Positions 51,537 to 62,425 are shown, counted from the first letter of the stretch. The stretch: DNA of 64,000 bases from an uncultured Bacillota bacterium (GCA_963823655.1 CAWGMK010000010.1:384001-448000); one strand, 5' to 3'. The notes: generated by a model from the letters alone, not told the origin. Program-made: numbers and translations.

Positions 51537-52585
51537 TGAATTTAATATTGATCGCCTTTTTCCTTGCGACGGCACTGTCGCTGGCATTGACTCCGGCGGT
51601 CGGATACCTTGCCAGGAAGACCGGGGTAGTCGACGTTCCGCGCGGAAGGCACGCGCATGAGAAGCCAATACCGCTGATGGGCGGCCTTGCCATTTTCATC
51701 GCCTTCGTGGCAACCGTACTTATGAGGCTTGGCGTTACAGGCTGGGTCCTGGGGCTTATCCTGGGAAGCAGCGTGATCATGCTCACAGGCATAGTAGATG
51801 ACATCTTCGAGCTGAAGCCGCTTGCGAAGCTTGCAGGCCAGATAACAGGCGCCGTCGTCATGGTGGCGATGGGAGTGCGCATGGAATTCGTGTCCAACCC
51901 GTTCGGCGGGATAGTGCACTTAAGCTGGCTTTCCTATCCTTTCAGCGTAATTTGGATACTGTCTTTCGTCAATGCCATTAACCTCATCGACGGGCTGGAT
52001 GGGCTAGCCTCGGGCGTAGTCGGCATAGGCTCGATGTCGCTGGGCCTCATCGCTTTCAGCAAAGGGCACATAGATGTCGCGATACTCGCAGTCATCCTTT
52101 CAGGCTCCTGCATCGGCTTCCTATGGCACAACTTCAACCCCGCCCAGATTTTCATGGGGGATACGGGAGCGCTCTTCATAGGCTCGGTCATGGGAGGAAT
52201 CAGCGCGGTCGGAGCCATAAAGGGCCCTGCCACGATGACTATCGCCGTCCCGGTCGTGATATTGGGCGTTGCCGTAGTGGATACGGCACTTGCCATATTA
52301 AGGCGCATCGAGAACAACGTGAGCATAGGCGAGGGAGATTATGACCACTTCCATTACTGGCTGGTTAAGCACGGCCTAACGGTCAGACAGGCGGTCGGCA
52401 TAATCTATGCGCTGACTATTGCCCTTTCAGTAGTCGCCTACTTCATATCCAGCCAGAAATCGACCCCCGCGGGCTGGTTTATTGCCTTCGGCGCGTTTGC
52501 GGTGCTCATCATCGCAGGTGCGATGGTGGGGATGATAAAGCTCGGCAGGCTGGGCAGATGGATCAAGGAAAGGCGGAAATCCTAG
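51536..52585 (+). CDS. undecaprenyl-phosphate GlcNAc-1-phosphate transferase (WecA/TagO, MraY family)
   Basis: D.P..RH.H..P.P..GG, GIVDD, NAINLIDGLDGLA, NFNPAQIFMGDTG, D.DHFH. Confidence 0.92.
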   Translation: MNLILIAFFLATALSLALTPAVGYLARKTGVVDVPRGRHAHEKPIPLMGGLAIFIAFVATVLMRLGVTGWVLGLILGSSVIMLTGIVDDIFELKPLAKLAGQITGAVVMVAMGVRMEFVSNPFGGIVHLSWLSYPFSVIWILSFVNAINLIDGLDGLASGVVGIGSMSLGLIAFSKGHIDVAILAVILSGSCIGFLWHNFNPAQIFMGDTGALFIGSVMGGISAVGAIKGPATMTIAVPVVILGVAVVDTALAILRRIENNVSIGEGDYDHFHYWLVKHGLTVRQAVGIIYALTIALSVVAYFISSQKSTPAGWFIAFGAFAVLIIAGAMVGMIKLGRLGRWIKERRKS

Positions 52586-53728
52586 ATGCCAAGGGTCATG
52601 GCGGTATTCGGAACCAGGCCGGACACCATAAAGATGATGCCTGTCATAGAGGCCATAAAGGCGCATCCAGCAGATTTCGAGCTGTTCTCATTGTCGACCG
52701 GCCAGCACAGGCAGATGCTTGACGACGTCCTGAGGGTGTTCGGCGTGGAGCCGGACCTCGACTTGGACATCATGAGGCCGGACCAGACCCTAAGCGACAT
52801 CGTTACCAGGGGGCTTCCGGCCATAGGCGCTGTTATCAAGGACATTTCACCCGATCTGGTGCTTGTGCACGGCGATACCTCCACGGGCTTTACCGCCTCT
52901 CTTGCGGCGTTCTACGCAGGCGTCAAATCGGCCCATGTAGAGGCCGGCTTGAGGACATTCGATAAATGGAACCCATTCCCCGAGGAGATGAACAGGAAGC
53001 TCATAGGTTCCCTTGCCGACTTGCACTTCGCGCCGCTAAAAACCCACAGGGCGAACCTGCTGGCAGAGGGCGTAAAGCCCGATGGCATCTACGTGACGGG
53101 AAACACTGCGGTCGACGCCGTACTGAGGACGTCCGAGAAGGTCAAAGACCTCGAGAATGCCGAGCTGGAAGGCGCGATATATGGCTCCGGAAGGCTGATA
53201 CTGGTAACCGCGCACAGAAGAGAGAGCATCGGCGCAGGGATCGAGGGCATATGCCTTGCCGTGAAGAGGATACTGGGCAAATACCGGGATGTCAGGATAT
53301 TGTTCCCCGTGCATCCTAACCCCAGGGTCTCCGGTACAGTCCACAGGATACTCGACGGCGAAAACCGGTGCCACCTGGTGAGCCCGATGTCCTATCCGGA
53401 CATGGTGCTTGCCATGAAGAGCTCGTACTTCTGCATGAGCGATTTGGGCGGCATACAGGAGGAGGCGCCTTCCCTTGGAAAGCCCGTCCTTGTGCTGCGG
53501 GAGTGCACCGAAAGGCCCGAGGGGCTGGCCGCAGGCACGCTAAAGCTTGCCGGCGTATCGCCCGACAGGATATTCGAGCTGGCAAGCCTGCTTCTTGAGG
53601 ATGAGGGCGAATACAGGAAGATGGCGGCAAGCCGCAACCCGTTTGGCGACGGCAAAGCCTCGGACAGGATAATACAGGCGATTTTACACAGCGCGGGCCA
53701 GGCCTCAAGGCCGGCAGATTACGAATAG
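52586..53728 (+). CDS. wecB: UDP-N-acetylglucosamine 2-epimerase (non-hydrolysing)
   Basis: FGTRP, TGQH, VHGDT, HVEAGLR, PFPEEMNR, TAHRRE, GGIQEEAP, TERPEG, NPFGDG. Confidence 0.93.
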   Translation: MPRVMAVFGTRPDTIKMMPVIEAIKAHPADFELFSLSTGQHRQMLDDVLRVFGVEPDLDLDIMRPDQTLSDIVTRGLPAIGAVIKDISPDLVLVHGDTSTGFTASLAAFYAGVKSAHVEAGLRTFDKWNPFPEEMNRKLIGSLADLHFAPLKTHRANLLAEGVKPDGIYVTGNTAVDAVLRTSEKVKDLENAELEGAIYGSGRLILVTAHRRESIGAGIEGICLAVKRILGKYRDVRILFPVHPNPRVSGTVHRILDGENRCHLVSPMSYPDMVLAMKSSYFCMSDLGGIQEEAPSLGKPVLVLRECTERPEGLAAGTLKLAGVSPDRIFELASLLLEDEGEYRKMAASRNPFGDGKASDRIIQAILHSAGQASRPADYE

Positions 53729-53741
53729 TCAACCGAAAGGC

Positions 53742-55007
53742 GTGAACGATATGGAACTTAGCACCTTGATCGTCGAAGGCGGAAGGAGAATGGAAGGAAG
53801 CGTGAGGGTGGGCGGGGCCAAAAACTCGTCTCTGCCCCTTATAGCCGCAGCTTTGCTTCCAAACGGCGTGTCCGTCATTGAGGACGTACCGAGGCTTAAG
53901 GATATAGAGACGATGCGAGGCGTCATCGAGGCGCTCGGGGCGAGGATAATCATGGACGGCAATGTGATGTCTGTGGACTCCTCCGGCATCAACGGCAACG
54001 AGCCCCCCTACGAGATGGTGAGATCCATGCGGGCATCTTTCCTTGTGATGGGCCCGCTTCTTGCCAGGATGGGCAGCGCCCACATATTCCAGCCGGGCGG
54101 CTGCGCGATAGGCGCAAGGCCCATTGACCTGCACCTGAAGGGCTTCGCCGCCCTTGGCGCAAGCGTTGATATGAGCGGAGGCGTCGTCAAGGCAAGCGTT
54201 GCCGGAAGGCTTAAGGGCGAGAGGGTCTACCTGGACTTTCCTAGCGTGGGCGCCACGGAGAACATAATGATGGCGGCAGCTACAGCCGACGGCAGGACCT
54301 TAATTGAAAACGCAGCGAGGGAGCCTGAAATCGTTGACCTGGCCAACTTCCTGAATAAAATGGGCGGCAAGGTCAGAGGCGCCGGCACCCCTGTTATAAG
54401 AATTGACGGAGTCGAAAACCTGGCTCCGACCTCCCATACGGTCATACCCGACAGGATAGAAGCGGGCACTTTCATGATAATCGCAGCTACGACGCAAGGC
54501 AGCCTCTACATAGACAATGTCGTCAGCGAACACTTGAAGCCACTGGAGGCAAAGCTATTGGAGGCGGGAGCCCAGATAGAGAACTTCGAAGGCGCCATAA
54601 AAGTGAGCGCCGACAAGAGGCTCAAAGCCGTCGATATTACGACGATGCCCTACCCCGGTTTCCCGACCGACATGCAAGCGCAGCTTATGGCACTTCTTTG
54701 CACGGCGGACGGAACATCCCAGGTCACCGAGAACGTCTTCGAGAACAGATTTATGCACGCCCCGGAGCTTTCAAGGATGGGCGCTAATGTCAAGATAACC
54801 GGAAGGACCGCCATAGTCGAAGGCGTACCGAAGCTCACCGGCGCACATGTGAACGCGACTGATTTGAGGGCCTCCGCGTCGCTTGTTACCGCGGCCCTGG
54901 TGGCCGAAGGAGAGACCCACATACACAACATTTCGCATCTGGACAGGGGATATGAGAACTTCGAGGGGCGGCTTGCCAAATGCGGCGCCAGGATGAGAAG
55001 GGAGTAG
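53742..55007 (+). CDS. murA: UDP-N-acetylglucosamine 1-carboxyvinyltransferase
   Basis: GAKNS, MRAS, PGGCAIGARP (catalytic Cys), SVGATEN, PDRIEAGT, PGFPTDMQ, DLRA, LDRGYE. Confidence 0.97.
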   Translation: MNDMELSTLIVEGGRRMEGSVRVGGAKNSSLPLIAAALLPNGVSVIEDVPRLKDIETMRGVIEALGARIIMDGNVMSVDSSGINGNEPPYEMVRSMRASFLVMGPLLARMGSAHIFQPGGCAIGARPIDLHLKGFAALGASVDMSGGVVKASVAGRLKGERVYLDFPSVGATENIMMAAATADGRTLIENAAREPEIVDLANFLNKMGGKVRGAGTPVIRIDGVENLAPTSHTVIPDRIEAGTFMIIAATTQGSLYIDNVVSEHLKPLEAKLLEAGAQIENFEGAIKVSADKRLKAVDITTMPYPGFPTDMQAQLMALLCTADGTSQVTENVFENRFMHAPELSRMGANVKITGRTAIVEGVPKLTGAHVNATDLRASASLVTAALVAEGETHIHNISHLDRGYENFEGRLAKCGARMRRE

Positions 55008-55012
55008 ATTTG

Positions 55013-56700
55013 ATGCGCAAGCCCAAAATTAACTCCCTGATGCTCCTGCTGGCCGGGCTAATGGCAATTTCGCTGGCTGCAGTGTCCAATGCCGCGCCCA
55101 GCTATATGGACCCGAAGGACGCGAAGGCGGGCATGTCGGGCGAGGGGTTGACCGTATTCTATGGAAGTGAGCCATCGCCTTTCAGCTTCAGGGTGATTGC
55201 AGTCACAAAAGGAGATTCCGGCCTTTCGGACCTTATTATCATCAAGGTGGGTGGCAAGCAGGTGGACGAGATTGGCGGCATCGCGGCGGGAATGAGCGGG
55301 AGCCCATGTTACATCAGGCGACAGGCTCCTGGGGCGCTGTCGCATGTGCTTGAGGGCCCGGATGCCAGCATTGGAATAATCACTCCCATGAGCCAGATGG
55401 TCAAAATACTGGAAGCCTACAAGTTCGCAAGCCTGTACGAGACTATAGAGGTAGAAGGCTGGGGGACATTCAAACCTGCGGCCGGGCCCATGTGGGTGGG
55501 AGGACTTAATTCCAGGGGTTTGGGCCTTCTGCAGTCCCGCCTTGGGGTTTTGGGCTTCGCAGCTGCCCCTCTTCCGCTCGGCACAGGCATCAGCATAGGC
55601 CAGAATACGCCCTATGCTGCAGGCTCTTCCATAGCGGTGCAGTTGTGCAACGGAGACATAGAGGCCGGAAGCATCGGCACTGTGACATGGTCGGACGGCA
55701 AGAGCTTCCTTGCCATGGGCCATCCCTTCATGAACCTCGGCGAAGTGGGATTCCCGATGTCGAAATCCCAGGTGCTTGCAGTGCTCCCTTCGGATGATTT
55801 TCCCTTCAAGCTGGGAACTTTCGAGAATCCCGGAGCTATAGTGACCCAAGACCGGGCCTCAGGCATAGCGGGGCTCATCGGACTTGAGGCACAGATGACG
55901 CAAGTGCAGATCACAGTAAACGACATGCAGACCGGCAGGAAGAGCACCTCCAATTTCAGCTGCGTGCCGGATGCCAGGCTCATCGAGGGGCTAATAAGCT
56001 CCGGGCTCCTATCGGTCGTGGACAGCACGATCATGAGGGTGGGAGAGGGGACGGCATTCATAACGGTATCCATGGACGTATCGGGAATGAAGCTTCTCAG
56101 GGAAGATATGGTATGGTCTGCCTCGGACATTGCAGGCTACGCATCCTTCGAGCTGTCGGACATATTAAGCATGATTCTTGGAAATGACGTCGACGAGCCT
56201 GCAATAGCAGACATTTCGGTAAGCCTGGACATCGCGCCCGTCAGGCTGACATCCTCGATACTGGAATTGAAGCTTCCGGAAGGGGGCTTCAAGGCCGGCG
56301 AATCTAGCTCGGATCGGAGTAGTGATAAGGCCCTTCCGTGAAGTAGCCTATACGGAATATGTCGAAATCGAGATCCCTCAGGGGGTTCAACCCGGAAATA
56401 TCGTAGTCGTTGTACGAGGAGGTTCCTCCGAGGACGATGCGGAAGTATATACTATTGTGGATAAGGTCGGCGAAACCGAAGGCGTAGCGCTAGTAGACAT
56501 GCTGGAGGCAATAGAAGGCGCCGAGCAGAACAACGAGCTGATAATCGAGATCAGATACGCCCTTGACGAGGAGTCGACTGGCACTGACGAAGGTTATGTG
56601 GAAACGGAATCCGAGGAGGAGGAGCCCCTCTACTCCGCGGGAATTGTGATTTCAGAGCATCATAAGAGGGTATGTTTCAGTGGAATCAGAGATAAAATAG
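55013..56700 (+). CDS. secreted SpoIVB-like peptidase S55 domain protein; compensating indels near 55317-55345 and further indels near 56304 and 56660; end inferred
   Basis: Signal peptide; GGIAAGMSGSP, GSIGTVT, FLAMGHPF, PFKLG, QDRASGIAG; IRPFR...EIPQ...VVRGG continues in the next frame. Confidence 0.72.
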
Positions 56701-56718
56701 GGGCTGAATCGATAAACG

Positions 56719-56745
56719 GGAACGGACTCGGTCCTTCCAGACGTT
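56719..56745 (+). promoter_or_regulatory. candidate ECF sigma-factor promoter upstream of bamA
   Basis: GGAAC-N18-CGTT. Confidence 0.3.
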
Positions 56746-56829
56746 TCTTCTTTAGTGACTTTAAGCTTAAGAGGAGCCGTATGAGCCGGGACCGGACAAA
56801 AGTTAGCGCAACCGTCAGGAGGTACTAAG

Positions 56830-58539
56830 ATGATAAGAGGCGGCAAAGGCAGGGCAGTCATAATCCTTTTGGCAGCCATGGGTCTAGTCGTAGCAGCGTC
56901 TGCTCTGGCATCGGCCCAGTCTTACGGCAGGCTTGCCAGCATAGAGATCGAAGGCAACAGGAAACTGGATGCCGAATTTATAAAAAGCCTGATGCCATTG
57001 ACCATAGGGATGGATTTGACACAGGAGGACCTGGACAAGACCTTCGCGGCGATGCAGGCAAGCGGATATTTCGCCGATCTGGGGGCGCGTTCGCAGTCTT
57101 TCCTGGGCGGAATCAAGCTCATTGTCACGGTGGAGGAATTCCCGGACCTCAATACGATAGCAATCTCCGGCAATACGCTAATAAGCACGGAGCAGCTGCT
57201 ATCTCGCATGAAGTCCACTGTTGGCAAGATGATCAACATAAACACCGTCAAGGAGGACCTGGACGGGATAATCGCCCTCTACAAGGAGGATAACAGGATT
57301 GCCACCGTCCAACCCGACATCAGCATGGACGGGGTGCTGACCATAGTTATAATCGAATGGAAGGTCGGCTTGGTACAGATTACCGGAAACGAGAAGACGA
57401 AAGAGGAGATTATCAGGAGGAACATCAGGGTAACAGAAGGCGACTTCATCGATACCCAGGTCCTTTCTGATGACAGCCGCCGCATATACAACACGGCGAT
57501 ATTCGAGGATGTGGGAGTCGAGCTTCTGCCCAAAGACGAGGGCCCGTATGCCGACATCACATTCGTGGTCACGGAGACTAAGACGGGGCTTTTCAATGTC
57601 GGCGCAACTTACAACTCGGCTGAAGGCCTCATCGGCTACATAGAAGTATCCGACAAGAACGTATTCGGCTACGGCATCACAGTTTCCGGCAAGCTGGAGG
57701 CGGGCGGCAAGGAGAAGCAGATCCTCGGCGAATTCAGCATATCTACGCCGTACCTGTTCACAGACAAGCTCAGCGGAGGCCTCGAAGTGTACCGCAAGAT
57801 GGCCAACAAGACCATAGACATAGATGAGGACGAAGAGGAGAACGACCTCGACGATCTCATCTACAAGCAGTACAGGACCGGCGGCAGCATATGGATGGGA
57901 TACAATTTCGACCTGTACACCAAGGCGGGTGCGTCTTTCAGGGTCGATTTCATTGAGAACCAGTCTGAGTTGCCATCTCCCGCAGTGCCGGCCGATACAT
58001 CCACCAGGAGCATCACGCTGTCTCTTAACAGGGATACCAGGAACGACTTCATTAACCCCACCAAGGGATACACCATCTTCGCCTCTACGGAGTTCGCAGG
58101 CGGCATTCTAGGCGGGGACGACAATTTCACCAAGCTCTTCACCCAGCTGACGGGCTACTATGAGTTCAAGGACGGCCAGGTGATAGCGGGGCGCCTCGGC
58201 GCTGGCGCCGGTATAAAGCCGCTTCCCTCACATGTTAAGTTCCTGCTTGGCGGCGGGGACAACCTAAGAGGCCTCAAAGAGCCCATAGAGGGCGACTATA
58301 TAGTATTCGGCAATGCCGAGTACAGGTTCCGCATCTATGAGGAGATCGTCGGCGGCGTGGTATTCTTCGACCTCGGCCAGGCCTGGAACAAGGGCGAGGG
58401 CTTCACATTGGACGGGATGAAGTACGGCGTCGGCATAGGCGCAAGGGTCACAATACCGATGCTCGGGATGATAAGGCTCGACTACGGCATCTCAAACGGT
58501 CAGGGCCGGGTGTATTTCGGCTTCGGTCATACGTTCTAA
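56830..58539 (+). CDS. bamA: Omp85/BamA outer-membrane protein assembly factor (about 3 POTRA domains + barrel)
   Basis: Signal peptide; POTRA-like IEIEGN, IAISGN, VQITGNEKTK; DTRNDFINPTKG, LGGGDNLRG, NAEYRF, FFDLGQAW, IRLDYG, terminal FGFGHTF. Confidence 0.9.
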   Translation: MIRGGKGRAVIILLAAMGLVVAASALASAQSYGRLASIEIEGNRKLDAEFIKSLMPLTIGMDLTQEDLDKTFAAMQASGYFADLGARSQSFLGGIKLIVTVEEFPDLNTIAISGNTLISTEQLLSRMKSTVGKMININTVKEDLDGIIALYKEDNRIATVQPDISMDGVLTIVIIEWKVGLVQITGNEKTKEEIIRRNIRVTEGDFIDTQVLSDDSRRIYNTAIFEDVGVELLPKDEGPYADITFVVTETKTGLFNVGATYNSAEGLIGYIEVSDKNVFGYGITVSGKLEAGGKEKQILGEFSISTPYLFTDKLSGGLEVYRKMANKTIDIDEDEEENDLDDLIYKQYRTGGSIWMGYNFDLYTKAGASFRVDFIENQSELPSPAVPADTSTRSITLSLNRDTRNDFINPTKGYTIFASTEFAGGILGGDDNFTKLFTQLTGYYEFKDGQVIAGRLGAGAGIKPLPSHVKFLLGGGDNLRGLKEPIEGDYIVFGNAEYRFRIYEEIVGGVVFFDLGQAWNKGEGFTLDGMKYGVGIGARVTIPMLGMIRLDYGISNGQGRVYFGFGHTF

Positions 58540-58624
58540 TATATGAATGACAACTCAGGCAACTGAGAATTATAATTAAATATGTTGTCATAAATTATCT
58601 AAATGAGAGGATGGTCAGTCCCAG

Positions 58625-59083
58625 ATGAAGAACCTTTTTAGAAACACGACGGCAGTAATAATGGCAATCGCTTTGGTGGCAGTGGCCGCTACAATCAGCA
58701 ACCTTACGACAGGCAAGGCAGGCGCCGCCCCCGACTACGCGGTAATAGGCCATATAGATACCGACAAGCTCAACTCCGATTTCCCGATGCTCAAGACGGC
58801 ATGGGAGGCGGTCGCGGCCAAGAAGGCAGAGCTTGAGAAGGAACTTAACAAGAAGGCCGAAGGGCAGGACGCCGACGCTAAGGCGAAGCTTGTTGAGCAG
58901 TTCAACGTGCTTTACAACGACTACGCCAAGAAGACACTCGATCCCGCCTACGCCAAGCTCGAGACGACAGTCAAGGAAGTGGCCAAGGAAAAGGGAGTGA
59001 CCGTGATCCTCAACAGCTCGATAGTCATCGAGGGCGGCGTCGACATGACCGATGCAGTCCTGGCTAAGGGCGGCCTTAAGTAG
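58625..59083 (+). CDS. ompH: OmpH/Skp periplasmic chaperone
   Basis: IGHIDTDKL, coiled coil, VAKEKGVTVILN, GGVDMTDAVL; directly after bamA. Confidence 0.82.
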   Translation: MKNLFRNTTAVIMAIALVAVAATISNLTTGKAGAAPDYAVIGHIDTDKLNSDFPMLKTAWEAVAAKKAELEKELNKKAEGQDADAKAKLVEQFNVLYNDYAKKTLDPAYAKLETTVKEVAKEKGVTVILNSSIVIEGGVDMTDAVLAKGGLK

Positions 59084-59101
59084 TATTCGCCAACTGTACA
59101 G

Positions 59102-59130
59102 AAAGGGGCGCGTTTAGGCGCCCCTTTATT
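59102..59130 (+). terminator. terminator after ompH
   Basis: AAAGGGGCGC-gttta-GGCGCCCCTTTATT. Confidence 0.7.
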
Positions 59131-59155
59131 CACATAAGTGACAGGAGTTGCCTCA

Positions 59156-62100
59156 ATGAGGAAGCTTGACCGGTATGTGGCGCGGGAGTTCCTAGGCCCA
59201 TTCTTTGCCGCAATAACCGCGTTCATCGTCATATCCCTCAGCGTCCAGCTCTTCTGGCTGGCCGAAATGGTCGTGGTCAAGCACACCCCCCTTGCGACCG
59301 TATTGAAGCTCATACTCTACAACATACCCACAGCACTGGTACAAGTTCTCCCCTTCGCCACCCTTTTTGCGGTCCTGCTAGGATTGGGCAGGCTAAGCCG
59401 GGACAGCGAGCTTTCGATAATGAGAGCCGCAGGCCTCAGGCTTTCCAGGATCGCAGCCCCCATGATATTCATAGCGCTTCTTATCAGCGCATTCGGCTTC
59501 TATATGGGCGACCAGGTGGCCCCCAAGGCCAATTTGGAATCGCGCAACATCGTAAACAGGATGATCCTGGGCGACAGCATACCGGGGATTGAGAACAACG
59601 TCTTCTTCCGCGGGCCCGACAACAAGTTCTTCTATATCGGCCGGGTGAGCGAGGACAGGGCGACTGTCCAGGACATCATGATATATGACATCGGATACGG
59701 GAAGTACCCGCAGCTGATAACAGCGGCCAAGGGGCAGGCGGACTCTGGAGTATGGGTATTCCTCGACGGCAACATCCATGAGTGCGGTTCGGACGGAAGG
59801 GTAGTATCGACGGCCCATTTCGATTCGCTGGAAATCAGGATGGAGCGCGCGGTCACAGATTATACGAATTCCGGCAGGACAACCTCCGAAATGTCGATGA
59901 AGCAGCTTAAAGAGAGCATCTCGCTCTTCACGAAAAGCGGCATCAAGGCCAAGAACCTTCTCATAGACTACTACCTCAAGATCGCCCAGCCCATCTCATC
60001 CCTGATTTTTGCAATACTGGCAGTGCCTCTTGCAGTACGAAGCCCCAGGCGCGGAGGGGCCGTCTACAGCATCGCCGCCGGCATACTTATCGTTACCTTG
60101 TACTTCATATTCGAATCGGTGATACGCTCGTACGGAATGCTCCAGGCGACAAGGCTTCAGCCCTGGATGGCGGCATGGTCCGCTGACATCATCTTTATGG
60201 TGGTGGCCCTCATCCTTCTTATAAGGGCGGATTCGAAGAGGATGAGAAAGCGCATCCGTAAGCCCAAAGGGCCGGCAACAGCCATTATCCTGCTCATAGC
60301 CCTCGTACTTCTTCTGCAGCCGTCAATTGCGGCTGCGGCCGGGACGAATGTCAAGGTAACAGCCGAAAGGCTGGTTTATGAGGGCTCGGACATATGGCGC
60401 GCCGAGGGCAAGGTTGAGGTTTCCTTCGATGATGTCGTGGTGAGGGCTGATACCGCAAGAATCGACCTTACGACGAACAAGGCCGAGCTCACAGGATCGG
60501 TTACAGTAGAAATGAAGGGCAGCGTCATCTCCTCGGGCCTTGCCGTCGTGGACATAAAGACTAAGGAAGTCACTTTCGGGGCGTTCGAAGGGCGGGTAAG
60601 CGACGAGCGGGTAGAAGGGTACATCTACATCAACGGGGCCGGGTTCACCGAGAAGGACGGAGACTACAAGCTGACGGATGGCTATCTGACCACATGCGAC
60701 CTGCCTCAGCCTCACTACAGGATAGAGGCCAAAAGCATAGAGTTCACCGAAGCTGACGTCATAGTCGCAAAAGACGTTTCATACTTCGAGGGCAATATTA
60801 GGCTCCTGCGCCTTCCTTCGCTGACCATACCTCTTAGGGAGGAGGACAGGATCATCCTTCCTGAGTTCGGCTGGAGCGGAATAGACGGCGCATACATCAA
60901 AACTACGATGAAAAGGCAGCTTAACGAGGACAACAGGCTGACACTAAGGCTGGATTTCTTCACGGTAAGCGGCCTGGGGCTGGGCCTGAAGCACGAGTAC
61001 GGCATAGAACGGCAAAGGTGAATGGATACTACTCCCTGTATGTGCTAAAAAGCCTGATGAACCCCGCCTCCGACTGGACCGCCGAGATCTCGCAGACGCT
61101 TAAGCTGCCTTTGGATATCATAGCGACCGGCAAGTATTCTTACAGGAATACAACAAATGCGAGCCTTGCCAAATCGGAGGAGCACTTCGCCGAGCTCAAA
61201 CTGAACAGGAGCGTGGAGGACGACAAGACCGCGATTGCCGCATCTTACCGATACAAGGACGCAGTAGCCGATACATCCACCTTGAACTTGTCTGCATCCC
61301 ACTCCATGACGCTCTTAGAGGATATCAAGCTGTCGGGAAGCGTAAGCTACAGGAGGACCGAGATAAACGACGCTTTGAATTTCGAGAGCATGACTTACAA
61401 GGCAACTTTGTCCCACCAGACGGAACAGGGAAGGCTTACGCTAAACGTCCAGGCCTCCGAAACGATGAACGAAAGCCAGGAAGTAGTCGTCGCTTCGTTG
61501 AAAAGGCTGCCTGAGCTGCAAATAGAGCTTTTCAAGATGCCTATCGGGAAGCTGCCTTTAAACATCGGCGTCAAGATGACTGCCGGCAGGTACGTGGAGA
61601 GGATTCTCAATACTGACCCGATAGAGTTCTCTGGATGCGGGCAAGGGCGAGGCTGATATTAGCCTTGCCATCGACAGGGTGGACCTTTGGGGATTCGCCA
61701 CATACGATCTGGCCGGCACATTTATCGGCAGCCTCTACTCTACCGGGGATTCAAGGGCGTACCTTGGCGTAGCGACTTCGCTGAATGTGACTCCGATAAA
61801 GGGATGGGGCATAAAGCTGTCGTACGATTACTTGAAGGGCTTCGGTTCGAGCCCATACAGGTTCGACGCGCTTAACGAGAAGAACAAGATTGCCCTGTCT
61901 ACTTCCGCTTCGTTCTACGGCGTAACTGCTTCTGCTTCGTCGGGCTACGACTTCATCAAACTGAAGTACGACAGCCTCTCCGCGGGGCTAGGCTACAAAT
62001 TTGAGGACAAGTACCAGGCGGATGTCACAGCGAAGCTTTCCCTGCCGGATTTCGGGATACAGACTATTGTAGGAAGGCTCACCATAAGCCCTATCGAGGA

Positions 62101-62398
62101 AGTAAGCCTGAAGTTCGGCCTAGAGTACAATGGTTCGCTCAACAAGATTAGCAAGATCGAGACGAGCGGGAGCCTTAGCATACTCAAGGAGTGGAAGGTA
62201 GGCTGGGCGGTAATATACGATGTGGCGAGGGAAGGCTTGAGGAAGGCGGACTTCGCGCTGACAAAGGATTTGCACTGCAGGGAGATAACGGCAGGCTACC
62301 AGGTCGTTGACAAGAGGTTCTTCGTCAACTTCAAGTTCAAGGCCTTCCCTGACATACCGATCGGGATCGGCTCGGACGACTGGAGCCTATTTAACTAG
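59156..62398 (+). CDS. LptF/LptG (YjgP/YjgQ) permease in frame with an LptD-like jellyroll + beta-barrel, about 1080 aa; indels near 61009 (-1) and 61629 (+1)
   Basis: LDRYVAREFL, LPFATL, RLSRDSEL..MRAAG, LQPWMAAW (LptF/G); then VTAERL, GKVEV, LTTCDLPQPHYRIEA, ILPEFGWS..DG (LptD N-domain) and DLHCRE near the barrel end. Confidence 0.75.
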
Positions 62399-62425
62399 AA
62401 ACCGCAAGGAAGGAGGGCTTACGTC

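Noticed and set aside
36583-55849. Long antisense ORFs (36583-37551, 38793-39569, 53316-54134, 55058-55849 and similar)
   Set aside because: They overlap well-supported sense genes and have no motifs; expected from GC-rich third codon positions.
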